Shown piece after piece: positions 1 to 10,952 of a stretch of DNA of 59,000 nt. The DNA is from Mustelus asterias (lineage: Eukaryota). The position numbers were made by a program, and so were the translations under genes. Under the pieces are notes generated by a model that was not told where the DNA came from, did no database searches, and saw nothing but the letters and a program-made list of their open reading frames with translations. The stretch spans positions 1 through 59,000 of the forward strand of contig NW_027592264.1 of the NCBI RefSeq assembly GCF_964213995.1, read 5' to 3'. Positions within the stretch are counted from its first letter, which is position 1, and the number at the start of each line of letters is the position of its first letter.

Positions 1-175
1 ACAACTTTATCTCTCCTCCTGGCAACTGTCTGAGGCTGGACCAGGCTGTTCATAACCAGGGTGAAATAGTTCATCCCAAGATGAGCTTCCAGCCACATGT
101 CCACATCATCATCAAGACCACCTTCATTCATAGAAGCATTAATAGTAATTAATTAATGATAATGAATAATAAAAT

Positions 176-471
176 ACAGCGTAGAAGGAGGCCATTCAGC
201 CCATCGAGCCTGCACCGACAACAATCCCATCCAGGCCCTATCCACATATTTACCTGTTAACCCCCTGATACCAAGTGGCAATTTATCATGGCCAATCCGT
301 CTAACCGGCACATCTTTGGACTGTGGAAGGAAACCGGAACACCCGGAGGAAACCCACACAGACACGGGTAGAATGTAGAAACTCTGCACAGACAGCGACC
401 CGAGGCTGGAATTGAACCTGGGTCCCTGGCGCTGTTAGGCAGCTGCACTAACCACTGTGCCACCGGGCCAC
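176..471 (-). mobile_element. tRNA-derived SINE (HE1-like) with CR1-type 3' tail
   Basis: Minus strand has A box TGGCACAGTGG and B box GGTTCAATTCC, then the body (GGGTTTCCTCCGGGTG..CAGTCCAAAGATGTG) and tail ..GGCTGAATGGCCTCCTTCT; many copies in window. Confidence 0.85.
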
Positions 472-521
472 ATGTCAGTGCCATCGCCCGACTCCAGCCC
501 AGTCTCAGCTCATCTGGAACT

Positions 522-629
522 CTCACCCATTCCATTGTGACGTCACACCCTCACCCATTCCATTGTGACGACACACCCTCACCCATTCCATTGTGACGTC
601 ACACTCTCACCCATTCCATTGTGACGTCA
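522..629. repeat. 28-bp tandem repeat x~4 carrying CRE palindromes
   Basis: Unit CTCACCCATTCCATTGTGACGTCACACC; TGACGTCA at 538, 594, 622, variant at 566. Confidence 0.9.
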
Positions 630-1226
630 GGGCTTCACTCTCCGATCACAATCCCTGCCGGCCTCCCACCTGCAGCCTCAATGGCGGCAGTCAGCCCGGG
701 TCTAACACTACAAGCTGCCGCTCCATTGGGTACAAAGGGGGGGACCGGGAAGTTCATTTCCGGGGTTTGGGTTTGAACAACATGTTTACAAAGTCTCTCC
801 ACCCACCCGCCACATTTATCATTCCCCGCGCGCCGCCCTCTACCTCGTATTGATCTCGCTTCCAAACTAAAACCGGCCGTCCGTCGCCATTACCCGCACT
901 GCGCATGCTTCAGGTCGCGCCCCTCATTCACTCCGATTGGTTGGAGGACCCGCCGCTCCCGCTCGGTCCTCCAGCTCCGCCCCCTCTTCCTATTGGTCCG
1001 GAGCTGCCGTCAATCAGTCCCTCGGTCATTGTGATGTGGAGCATGCGCAGTGTCATTGCTGTCCTTGGCGCTTGTTTGTCCCGGAGAAGCGGAGTCAGCG
1101 TTAGGCGGTGGCTGGGAGGATTTGGAAACACTTTGTGGATCCGCAAACCCTTCAGAATCATTGTCAGCTCCCTGGTTTGCAGCTGCGGGGCTTCTCCCTC
1201 CCTCCCGGGAACAGGCCCAGGTGAGT
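630..1226 (+). promoter_or_regulatory. CpG-island promoter and non-coding first exon of ZNF gene 1
   Basis: CpG-rich; ACTACA (ZNF143-like), GGAAGT (ETS), TGCGCATGC (NRF1), reverse CCAAT and GC boxes; splice donor CAG|GTGAGT at 1221; candidate acceptor TTTTTGCAG ending 2496. Confidence 0.65.
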
Positions 1227-1534
1227 GGGGAGGATTCACAAACACCCGCTGGAGGCCCCAACACCCCCAGTAAAAAGCTGCAGCTCCCGGGTTTGCAGCT
1301 TTTTCCCGGGAGGGAGTTGGGGAAGTTTTGCGGAGACAATTCCCGGTTGGTTCAGTTAGTGGTTCCTGGAGCTCAGAAACCCTGAGTTAGAATCCAGAAC
1401 CCCACACTGGGTGGTTGTTTTATTAAATACTTTTTATTTATTAATGATCTGTTGAAGAAAATAATAATTTGTTTTGAAAAATCATTTTATAGCACTTGTG
1501 AAAATACCCATTAAAATAGCAATTCTCCCAATGT

Positions 1535-1870
1535 ATTTCATAGAATCCCGACAGTGCTGAAGGAGGTGATTCGGCCCATCGAGTCTGCACTGGCAACAAT
1601 CCCACCTAGGCCCTGTTCCCGTAACCCCACATATGTAACCTGCTAATCCCTCTAACCTACTCATCCCAGGACCCTAAGGGGCAATTTAGCATAGCCAATT
1701 CCCCCAACTGGCATCTCTTTGGACAATGGGAGGAAACCGGAGCATCTGGAGAAAACCCACGCAGACATGGGGAGAACGGGCAGACTACACAAGGACAGTA
1801 ACCCCAGTTGGGAATCGAACCCAGGTCCCTGGAGCTGTGAGGCAGCAGTGCTAACCACTGTGCCACCTCC
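1535..1870 (-). mobile_element. tRNA-derived SINE (HE1-like)
   Basis: A box GTGGCACAGTGG, B box GGTTCGATTCC on minus strand; same body and tail as 176-471. Confidence 0.85.
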
Positions 1871-2860
1871 ATTGCTGATGAGAATTTTAATTTACTGACT
1901 TGGGAATTAATTCTCAGGAATAGTCATTCTGAAAATGACCATTAAAATGTGTTTTAATTTACCCCATAATTGCAGATTTCAGTTTGCATTTCAAAATTGA
2001 ATTGAGAATGTCTGAGAGCAAATGGTAAAATGAGGTTTGAGACACCAGCTGCAATTATTTTCTGTGACTGATGATACCTTTGTGCCTGTGCAGGAGGTAA
2101 TTCCGCTGCTGTTGTGGCACAAATAAAATGAAGCCTTTCCTAGGAACAGGCCCATGTTAATGGTCACTGTGGTGTTTCATTGGTGGGCAGAGCACATGTG
2201 CCCATTGTGGTAACAACAGAGTCAGTGGGGCTGCACGTCCCCTGACTTGGAAGGAAAATAATTGACTCCTTGACTGTACTCTCAATCTGTACATGGTCTG
2301 GAGGACTGAATCCAGCTGGAGGGAGAGGGAGCTGGGCTCAGAGTGGAGATGGGGCAATGAGTTTGATTTCAGCTCGGGGACAAGAGAGAGAGTGTGTGGG
2401 ATGGGGATTACAGCTCAAGATAAATGAGATAGAGAAATGTTTCGTGGAAACTGAAATTGTCTGTTCTGAATTAGTTTTTTAAAACTCTTTTTGCAGGGAA
2501 CTTGATGAGGAGGATTCACAGACAGGAAACTCAAACTAAACTTCAGATCAAAGTCTGACAGAGCCATTCGATTCATTCTGGCCTGAATATGATTGCTTTT
2601 GACAGTGGAGGGAGAAATCATTCCCTGTTTTGTCAGTGGGAGAAAATTTCAAAATTCAATGTGACAGCAAAAGAACGGAGACACACACACACCCAAGTGA
2701 GAGTGCTCCAGTGAACTGACTGTGGATAGAGCTTTAACAAGTTACATATCCTGAAAGACATTACACCATTCACAGTGGGGAGAAACCATACACATGGTCT
2801 GTATGTGGGTGAGGCTTCAACTAATCATCCAACCTGGAGAGACAGAAGGATACCAGCACC

Positions 2861-3757
2861 ATGGACAAACCGTGGAAATGTGAGGATTGTGGTAAAGGAT
2901 TCAATTATCCATACTTGCTGGAAAACCATAGACACAGTCACACTGGAGAGAGGCCATTCATCTGTTCTGTGTGTGGGAAAGGATTCACTACCTCATCCCA
3001 CCTGCTGTTACACCAGCGAACTCACACTGAGGAGAGGCCGTTCAGCTGCTCCACCTGTGGAAAGGGGTTCTCATGTTCATCCAACCTCAGTGCACATCAG
3101 CGAGTTCATACTGGGGAGAGATCGTTCACCTGCTCCTTGTGTGGGAAGGATTTTGCTGGGCCATCCGGTCTTTGGTCACACCAGCGAATTCACACAGGAG
3201 AGAAGCCATTCACCTGTTCTGTGTGTGGTAAGAGATTCACTCTGTCATCTAACCTGCTGTCACACCAGCGAGTTCACACAGAGGAGAGACCGTTCAGCTG
3301 CACTTCCTGTGGAAAGAGGTTCAGGTCTTCATCCAACCTCAGTACACACAAGCGAGTTCACACTGGGGAAAGGCTGTTCACCTGTTCCACGTGTGGGAGG
3401 GAATTCACCAATTCATCCGGCCTCCTGTCACATCAGCGAATTCACACTGAGGAGAAGCCATTTATTTGCACATACTGTGGAAAGAGTTTCAGGCAGTTAT
3501 CAATCCTCACTGCTCATCAACGCACTCACACTGGGGAGAGACCATTCACTTGCTCCATGTGTGGGAAGGGATTCACTCAGTCTGGCAGCCTGCATTTCCA
3601 TGAGCTCACGCACACTGGGGAGAGGCCATTCACCTGCTCTGTGTGTGGGAAGGGATACACTCGGTCATCCCACTTGCTGACACATCTGCAAGTTCACAAT
3701 TGTCAGCAGGAGTTGGACTTTGCAGTTACTGCAGCTGTTAATCACATCCAGGATTGA
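2861..3757 (+). CDS. C2H2 zinc-finger protein, 10 tandem fingers (ZNF gene 1)
   Basis: 298-aa ORF of CxxC..HxxxH repeats with TGE(R/K)P linkers; strong Kozak ACCATGG. Confidence 0.9.
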   Translation: MDKPWKCEDCGKGFNYPYLLENHRHSHTGERPFICSVCGKGFTTSSHLLLHQRTHTEERPFSCSTCGKGFSCSSNLSAHQRVHTGERSFTCSLCGKDFAGPSGLWSHQRIHTGEKPFTCSVCGKRFTLSSNLLSHQRVHTEERPFSCTSCGKRFRSSSNLSTHKRVHTGERLFTCSTCGREFTNSSGLLSHQRIHTEEKPFICTYCGKSFRQLSILTAHQRTHTGERPFTCSMCGKGFTQSGSLHFHELTHTGERPFTCSVCGKGYTRSSHLLTHLQVHNCQQELDFAVTAAVNHIQD

Positions 3758-4019
3758 TAGTCTGACAATATTTGGTTTGTTTCTGCTGACATTAACAATC
3801 GCTACAACTGGCTGAAGTTTAATGTTCTGAGATGTCACTGATTTTCAGGGCTGCTGTGTCCCTTTTTAAAAGCACCATCTGTGATTTTTTAAATTCAGGA
3901 ACTCTCAACAGGAACTTGTTGATAATAAGTTTATGAACTTTTCCTGAAATCTGAAATTGATGTTTGGTGCAAACTGTACAATTCAGTGTCTGAAAGGTTC
4001 CACTGCTTAAGATTTCCAA

Positions 4020-4290
4020 TTGTCTCCAGACAGGACAGCCAGTGAGATTCTGCAAGTCCAGGAGGCAAGCTGTGGGGGTTACTGTCTGGAGACAATACAC
4101 ATCTCTTTAACCTGTGCTTAATGCTCCCTCCACTCACATTGTTTGTATCTTTAAGACCTGGTTAGCAGTAGAGATTCGCATTCTTATCAGTATTCTGTGA
4201 CTTGATTTTGTGTCTCTGTGCCCTGTTTGAGAGCTCTATCTGATGAAGGAGCAGCGCTCCGAAAGCTAATGGTATTTGCTACCAAATAAA
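4020..4290 (+). mobile_element. Penelope-like element 3' fragment with inverted 5' portion
   Basis: 4020-4083 matches the PLE 3' region in reverse; 4082-4290 matches 9256-9474 in sense. Confidence 0.8.
4236..4272 (+). ncRNA. Minimal type I hammerhead ribozyme motif
   Basis: CUAU-CUGAUGA-A-GGAGC/AGC/GCUCC-GAA-AGCU-A-AUGG: intact core, stem II, palindromic stem III, stem I. Confidence 0.8.
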
Positions 4291-4798
4291 GATATTCATA
4301 CCCAGTCTTGCTCATTTGTGTGGGGGGCTGAATGCCTTTTTGGTGCTGGCAGCTAATTAGTGGAAAGTATCACTCGTGTAACCACGACATAGTCACAGAA
4401 TGAAACAGATTAGTGTTCCCTCTGTATTGTGCAGCCTTGTGATTGTGCTAAAGGCCATCACTTTCAGATCTGAAAAGTGCCTGGGTCAAGGTCAAATTAC
4501 CCCAGAAAGGGACATTTTCTCTCTCATCTGAAGCAACAGGTGAAGCAAATCATTTCACACTGAAACACATCTTCAACGTTGCGGTAGTTTGTTCAGTTAC
4601 ACACTTGGTGGTCACGTGACTCTGGTTGCAGCATTCCTGAGCCTCATTGGAGGGATTCCTCACATGAGCCGAGTATGAGAGTATCTCTGGCCTCCAGTGA
4701 TGCAGCCGCTGAATCTATTCCTGGAAAAAACACATTTGGAATATTGTGATAATGTTGTCTGAATCCATCAGGACAATTTTGTATTCAAGTGTGGAGTG

Positions 4799-6838
4799 GA
4801 TAATGTTCACTGTTTTATATTCGGGTCTGGGGGGGGATAATGTTCACTGTTTTATATTCGGGTCTGGGGGGGATAATGTTCACTGTTTTATATTCGGGTC
4901 TGGGGGGGAATAATGTTCACTGTTTTATATTCGGGTCTGGGGGGATAATGTTCACTGTTTTATATTCGGGTCTGGGGGGGAATAATGTTCACTGTTTTAT
5001 ATTCGGGTCTGGGGGGATAATGTTCACTGTTTTATATTCGGGTCTGGGGGGGATAATGTTCACTGTTTTATATTCGGGTCTGGGGGGGGATAATGTTCAC
5101 TGCTTTATATTCGGGTCTGAGGGATAATGTTCACTGTTTTATATTCGGGTCTGAGGGATAATGTTCACTGTTTTATATTCGGGTCTGGGGGATAATGTTC
5201 ACTGTTTTATATTCGGGTCTGGGGGGGATAATCTTCACTGTTTTATATTCGGTTCTGGGGGGGTTAATGTTCACTGTTTTATATTCCGGTCTGGGGGATA
5301 ATGTTCACTGTTTTATATTCGGGTCTGGGGGGGATAATGTTCACTGTTTTATATTCGGGTCTGGGGGATAATGTTCACTGTTTTATATTTGGGTCTGGGG
5401 GGGATAATGTTCACTGTTTTATATTCGGGTCTGGGGGATAATGTTCACTGTTTTATATTCTGGTCTGGGGGGATAATGTTCACTGTTTTATATTCGGGTC
5501 TGGAGGGGATAATGTTCACTGTTTTATATTCGGGTCTGGGGGGATAATGTTCACTGTTTTATATTCGGGTCTGGGGGGATAATGTTCACTGTTTTATATT
5601 CGGGTCTGGGGGGGATAATATTCACTGTTTTATATTCAGGTCTGGGGGGGGATAATGTTCACTGTTTTATATTCGGGTCTGGGGGGGATAATATTCACTG
5701 TTTTATATTCAGGTCTGGGGGGGGATAATGTTCACTGTTTTATATTCGGGTCTGGGGGGGACAATGTTCACTCTTACATTCGGATCTGGGGGGGATAATG
5801 TTCACTGTTTTATATTCGGGTCTGGGGGGGATAATATTCACTGTTTTATATTCAGGTCTGGGGGGGATAATGTTCACTGTTTTATCTTCGGGTCTGGGGG
5901 GGACAATGTTCACTCTTACATTCGGATCTGGGGGGGATAATGTTCACTGTTTTATATTCGGGTCTGGGGGGGATAATATTCACTGTTTTATATTCAGGTC
6001 TGGGGGGGGATAATGTTCACTCTTTTATATTCGGGTCTGGGGGATAATGTTCACTGTTTTATATTCGGGTCTGGGGGGGATAATGTTCACTGTTTTATAT
6101 TCGGGTCTGGGGCGGCTAATGTTCACTGTTTTATATTCGGGTCTGGGGGGGGGATAATGTTCACTGTTTTATATTCCGGTCTGGAGGATAATGTTCACTG
6201 TTTTATATTCGGGTCTGGGGGGGATAATGTTCACTGTTTTATATTCGGGTCTGGGGGATAATGTTCACTGTTTTATATTCTGGTCTGGGGGGATAATGTT
6301 CACTGTTTTATATTCGTGTCTGGAGGGGATAATGTTCACTGTTTTATATTCGGGTCTGGGGGGATAATGTTCACTGTTTTATATTCGGGTCTGGGGGGAT
6401 AATGTTCACTGTTTTATATTCGGGTCTGGGGGGGATAATGTTCATTGTTTTATATTCGGGTCTGAGGGGGGATAATGTTTACTGTTTTATATTCGGGTCT
6501 GGGGGGGGATAATGTTCACTGTTTTATATTCAGGTCTGGGGGATAATGTTCATTGTTTTATATTTGGGTCGGGGGAATAATGTTCACTGTTTTATATTCG
6601 GGTCTGGGGGGATAATGTTCATTGTTTTATATTTGGGTCTGGGGGGTATAATGTTCGCTGTTTTATATTCGGGTCTGGGGGAAGAATGTTCACTGCTTTA
6701 TATTCAGGTCTGGGGGGATAATGTTCACTGTTTTATATTGGGTCGAGGGGATAATGTTCGCTATTTTATATTCAGGTCTGTGGGGAGAATGTTCACTACT
6801 TTATATTCGGGTCTGGGAGATAATGTTCACTGTCTGGG
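4799..6838. repeat. ~2-kb minisatellite, ~33-40-bp unit with variable G-run
   Basis: ATAATGTTCACTGTTTTATATTCGGGTCT(G)n repeated roughly 55-60 times, degenerating at the right end. Confidence 0.95.
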
Positions 6839-7749
6839 GTTTGTTAGCTCAGGTTCATTCTGCCTACTGTGCATTCTCGGTTGTCAGAGCTCTCATGAAA
6901 AGCCCTAGTTTCCAGTCAGTGACTGAGTTGTCTCTGATGGGATGGGGAATCAGAGTGGGGGTAATGTGCTTCATGAACAGCGATGGGTTGGAATGAGTAT
7001 AAAATAAACCCAGACTACACCAGGTAATTGTGAGAACATTAAAACCATCACAAAAAATCATAGCACCATGTTGGAAAACGGAATACTTTGGTTCAATCTT
7101 TGATCAATTTTATTTGATTCAATATTTTGAGTGGCTTGTTGAATTGCTGGTTACATTCTAACAGCAGCTCAGCACCATCATTTTGACCATCAACTCGGCC
7201 CCGGTGACTGCTACATTTTTCCAGCACCTTCTGTTTTAATTTTAAGTGGAACCTCAATATCTGCTTAGTACACACGTCAATTTATCTTTCTAGGGGTGAG
7301 TGTGTCTGAGAGGTATGCAACTGGAAAACATTTTCCATTCACCTCTTGCATTGCTGCAGTATATATACATTGTTCTCACTCTGCCAGCAGGGCTGTGGGA
7401 TTAATTGGATAGATCTTAAAGACAGCCCGACTGGGCAGGACGAGCCAAATGGTTTCCATCTGTGATGTATCATTCCATGAAACAGAATATTCAGCATCAG
7501 GATAAAGAAAGTGAAAGAAACCAGTCCCTGTGGGATTTACCCAACCAGTATGAGCTCCTTCAGGAGAGAAGAGAGAGAGAGGGAAACCAGTGGGAAAAGT
7601 TTTAAAAACTCGCGGTATTCCCACAGGAGAGCACTGGTTTAAATCAATTATAGAAAGAGTGAATGGCAGCGCACAAATTCCGAGGAATGCATTTTTAAAC
7701 ATTATTTGATCCTAATTGCACAAGATAATTTTCTATTATTGTCTTTGAC

Positions 7750-8040
7750 AATGACGCCGTTAATACCCAGGTGCCCGTGCGGGTGTGAAAGTGTCCTATT
7801 CATTCCACAGGAGCCCATTGCGCAGCGCAGTTATGTATCTGGAGCGTGCGCAGTGTCACTTTGCTCGGAGCCCTGAGTGCGGGAGCCGCTTTTTTCAGTG
7901 GGTGAGTCGGTGGGGCTGCGGGAGAAATGGAGCCGGGAGTCGGGGTCGGGAGGGAGCTCTGGCTTCACAAACACCCGCTGTAGGCCGCACAGCCCGAATA
8001 GACCCTGCAGGTCCCGGGTTTACAGCTCCCACGCTTTAAT
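7750..8040 (+). promoter_or_regulatory. CpG-rich promoter/first exon of ZNF gene 2
   Basis: GCGCAGCGCAG and GCGTGCGCAG (NRF1-like); donor GTGAGT at 7902; downstream TTCACAAACACCCGCTG shared with gene 1 intron start; acceptor TTTTACAG ending 9786. Confidence 0.55.
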
Positions 8041-8269
8041 CCCGGGAAGAAGTTGAACACCAGGTTAAAGTCCAACAGGTTTATTTGGTTGCAAAAGCCT
8101 CACAAGCCACACTACCAAATAAACCTGTTGGACTTTAACCTGGTGTTGTTAAACTTCTTACTGTCTTTACCCCGCCCAACGCCGGCATCTCCACATCATG
8201 ACTTTAATCTCGGGAAGAAGTTTAACAACACCAGGTTAAAGTCCAACAGGTTTATTTGGTAGCAAAAGC

Positions 8270-8310
8270 CTCACAAGCTTTCGGAGCCCCAAGCCCCTTC
8301 TTCAGGTGAG
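8270..8310 (-). ncRNA. Minimal hammerhead ribozyme motif
   Basis: CUCAC-CUGAAGA-A-GGGGC..GCUCC-GAA-AGCU-U-GUGAG, 5-bp stem I. Confidence 0.8.
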
Positions 8311-8709
8311 TGGGAATTCTGTTCACAAACAGGGCTTATAAAGACACAAACACAATTTATATGAATAATGGTTGGAATGCGAATACTTACAGCTAATCAA
8401 GTCTTTAAGATACAAACAATGTGAGTGGAGAGAGCATCAAGACAGGCTAAAGAGATGTGTATTGTCTCCAGACAGGACAGCCAGTGAAACTCTGCAGGTC
8501 CAGGCAGGCTGTGGGGATTACAAATAGTGTGACATGAACCCAATATCCCGGTTGAGGCCGTCCTCGTGTGCGGAACTTGGCTATCAGTTTCTGCTCAGCG
8601 ACTCTGCGCTGTCATGTGTCGTGAAGGCCGCCTTGGAGAACGCTTAGCCAAATATCAGAGGCCGAATGTCCGTGACCGCTCAAGTGCTCCCCAACAGGTA
8701 GAGAACAGT

Positions 8710-9210
8710 CTACCTGTTCTCCAACAGACCATTGTCCGCAGCAAACTACCCAGCCTTCAGGAGAACAGTGACCATGACACCACACAACCCTGCCACAGCA
8801 ACCTCTGCAAGACGGGCCGGATCATCGACACGGATGCCATCATCTCACGTGAGAACACCATCCACCAGGTACACGGTACAGACTCTTGCAACTCGGCCAA
8901 CGTTGTCTACCTGATACGCTGCAGGAAAGGATGTCCCGAGGCATGGTACATTGGGGAAACCATGCAGATGCTACGACAACGGATGAATGAACACCGCTCG
9001 ACAATCACCAGGCAAGACTGTTCTCTTCCTGTGGGGGAGCACTTCAGCAGTCACGGGCATTCAGCCTTGGATCTTCAGGTAAGCGTTCTCCAAGGCGGCC
9101 TTCACGACACACGACAGCGCAGAGTCGCTGAGCAGAAACTGATAGCCAAGTTCCGCACACATGAGGACGGCCTAAACCGGGATGTTGGATTTATGTCACA
9201 TTATCAGTAA
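8710..9210 (+). pseudogene. Penelope-like GIY-YIG endonuclease C-terminal fragment (Neptune-like Cys motif upstream)
   Basis: NVVYLIRC..WYIGET..LRQRMNEH..VGEHF..AEQKLI..GLN, preceded by PCHSNLCKT; RT part missing (5'-truncated). Confidence 0.85.
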
Positions 9211-9419
9211 CCCCCACAGCTTGCCTCCTGATCTTGCAGAATCTTACAAGCTGTTCTGTCTGGAGACAATACGCATCTCTTTAACCTGTGTTTAATGTTC
9301 CCTCCACCCACATTATCTGTACCTTTAAGACCTGGCTGGCTGTAGAGATTTACATTCTAATTAGTATTCTGTAACTTGATGTTGTGTCTCTGTGCACTTT
9401 TGGAGAACAGATTTTCACT

Positions 9420-9456
9420 CCATCTGACGAAGGAGCAGTGCTCCGAAAGCTTATGG
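9420..9456 (+). ncRNA. Minimal hammerhead ribozyme motif
   Basis: CCAU-CUGACGA-A-GGAGC/AGU/GCUCC-GAA-AGCU-U-AUGG. Confidence 0.8.
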
Positions 9457-10136
9457 TATTTGCTACCAAATAAACCTGTTGGACTTTAACCTGGTGTTGT
9501 GAGACTTCTTACTGTGCTTACCCCAGTCCAACGCCGGCATCTCCACATCCAGGACAGGAAGCAGTGAGCATGGATCTGTGAATCAGCCTCAATCAGCACC
9601 TTCAGGAGAATTGGGAGGGTGAATATTAGATACAGCAGAGTGAGAATGGAGGGAGAGTGTGTGGGATGGAGATTTACAGCTTTTTGGGACTGAAATAGGA
9701 AAGAATGTTCCATAGAAACTAGAATTGTCTGTTCTGACTTTCTATCCTGTACTGACACTGATGACTTTTGTAAATTCATTTTACAGGATATTGAAAGAGG
9801 AATCACAGGCCGAAATCTCAAACGTCACGTCAGATCTGACAGAGTCATATTCCTTGGGAGCTGAATATCATCGGACTTTGAATCGCGAAGGAGAAATGAT
9901 TGTCCAGTTTGTCGATTTGAAAAGAGTTCGACCATCAGTGTGACGGGAAAAGCACCAACACACTGCCACACTCGAGTGAGAGTGTTCTAGTGCTCGGACT
10001 AAAGAGCTTTAACTAGTTACACCGCCTGAATAAATATCACACCATTCACAGCGGGGAGAGACTGTACCCGTGCTGTGTGTGTGGACGAGGCTTGAACTGA
10101 TTGTCCACCCAAGACAGAGGTCAGGACACCTGCACC

Positions 10137-10811
10137 ATGGAGAAACCATGGAAATGTGTGGACTGTGGGAAGAGATACAGATCCCAATCTCAGCTGGAAG
10201 CTCATCGGCGCAGCCACACTGGGGAGAGGCCATTCACTTGCACTCAGTGTGGGGAGGGATTCAGTCATTTATGCAGCCTGCTGACACACCAGCGAGTTCA
10301 CACTGGGGAGAGGCTGTTCACCTGCTCTCAGTGTGGGAAGGGATTCACTTGTTCATCCCACCTGCGGAGGCACCAGCGAGTTCACACGGCAGAGAGACCA
10401 TTTACATGTCCTCAGTGTGGGAAGGGATTCACTTGTTCATCCCACCTGCAGACACACCAGCGAGTTCACACTGGGGAGAGGCCATTCAGCTGCTCTCATT
10501 GTGGGAAGGGATTCACTCAGTTATCCAACCTGCGGAAACACCAGCGAGTTCACACTGGGGAGACGCCATTCAGCTGCCCTCAGTGTGGGGAGGGATTCAC
10601 TTGTTCATCCAGCCTGCGGAGGCACCAGCGAGTTCACACTGGGGAGAGACCATTCACCTGCTCTGATTGTGGCAAGGGATTCAGTCAATCATCCAACCTG
10701 GTAAAGCACCAGCGAATTCACACTGGGGACAGGCCATTCACCTGCTCCGTGTGTGGGAAGGGATTCACTCAGTCACCTCACCTGCTGAAACACCATCATG
10801 TTCACGAGTGA
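10137..10811 (+). CDS. C2H2 zinc-finger protein, 8 fingers (ZNF gene 2)
   Basis: ORF of C2H2 repeats; ACCATGG start at 10137 (MEKPWKC), equivalent to paralogs. Confidence 0.9.
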   Translation: MEKPWKCVDCGKRYRSQSQLEAHRRSHTGERPFTCTQCGEGFSHLCSLLTHQRVHTGERLFTCSQCGKGFTCSSHLRRHQRVHTAERPFTCPQCGKGFTCSSHLQTHQRVHTGERPFSCSHCGKGFTQLSNLRKHQRVHTGETPFSCPQCGEGFTCSSSLRRHQRVHTGERPFTCSDCGKGFSQSSNLVKHQRIHTGDRPFTCSVCGKGFTQSPHLLKHHHVHE

Positions 10812-10952
10812 CTGCAAGGACTGAATTTTGCTGTTCATCACATCGAGGTCCCAACCATTTTCATCGGTGTCTGTTTCTGCTGATGTTAATAAACCCTGGC
10901 CCAGTTGTAAGATTTGTATTGTGGATTGTCTTGTCTGAGTCCTGAACTCGGA

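Larger units (their letters stand above)
8045..9549. mobile_element. Penelope-like retroelement composite (inverted 3' ends plus terminal-repeat pieces)
   Basis: Terminal repeat ACCAAATAAACCTGTTGGACTTTAACCTGGTGTTG..CCAACGCCGGCATCTCCACATC in both orientations; minus copy 8214-8700, plus copy ~8710-9549. Confidence 0.9.

Noticed and set aside
400-471. tRNA gene
   Set aside because: A/B boxes belong to SINE heads; each continues into the SINE body and I see no proper cloverleaf
905-1385. ORFs in CpG-rich promoter regions (also 19271-20270, 21250-21639, 48267-48943)
   Set aside because: GC-rich low-stop sequence, overlapping in several frames, no domain, and indels between paralogous copies
2810-2824. 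Selenocysteine or programmed readthrough at the shared upstream TGA
   Set aside because: The stop is TAA in gene 1, additional in-frame stops and frameshifts lie nearby, it is not at a Cys position, and no SECIS was recognised
2775-3680. Long alternative-frame ORFs over ZNF genes (also 10070, 18005, 23943 and others)
   Set aside because: Shifted-frame shadows of the 84-nt finger repeat ([13 protein letters not shown] pattern), mostly with non-ATG starts
4799-6838. CRISPR-like regular repeat and short ORFs (MFTVLYSGLGG..)
   Set aside because: No unique spacers (only G-run length varies), no cas genes, eukaryotic context; the ORFs are repeat translations
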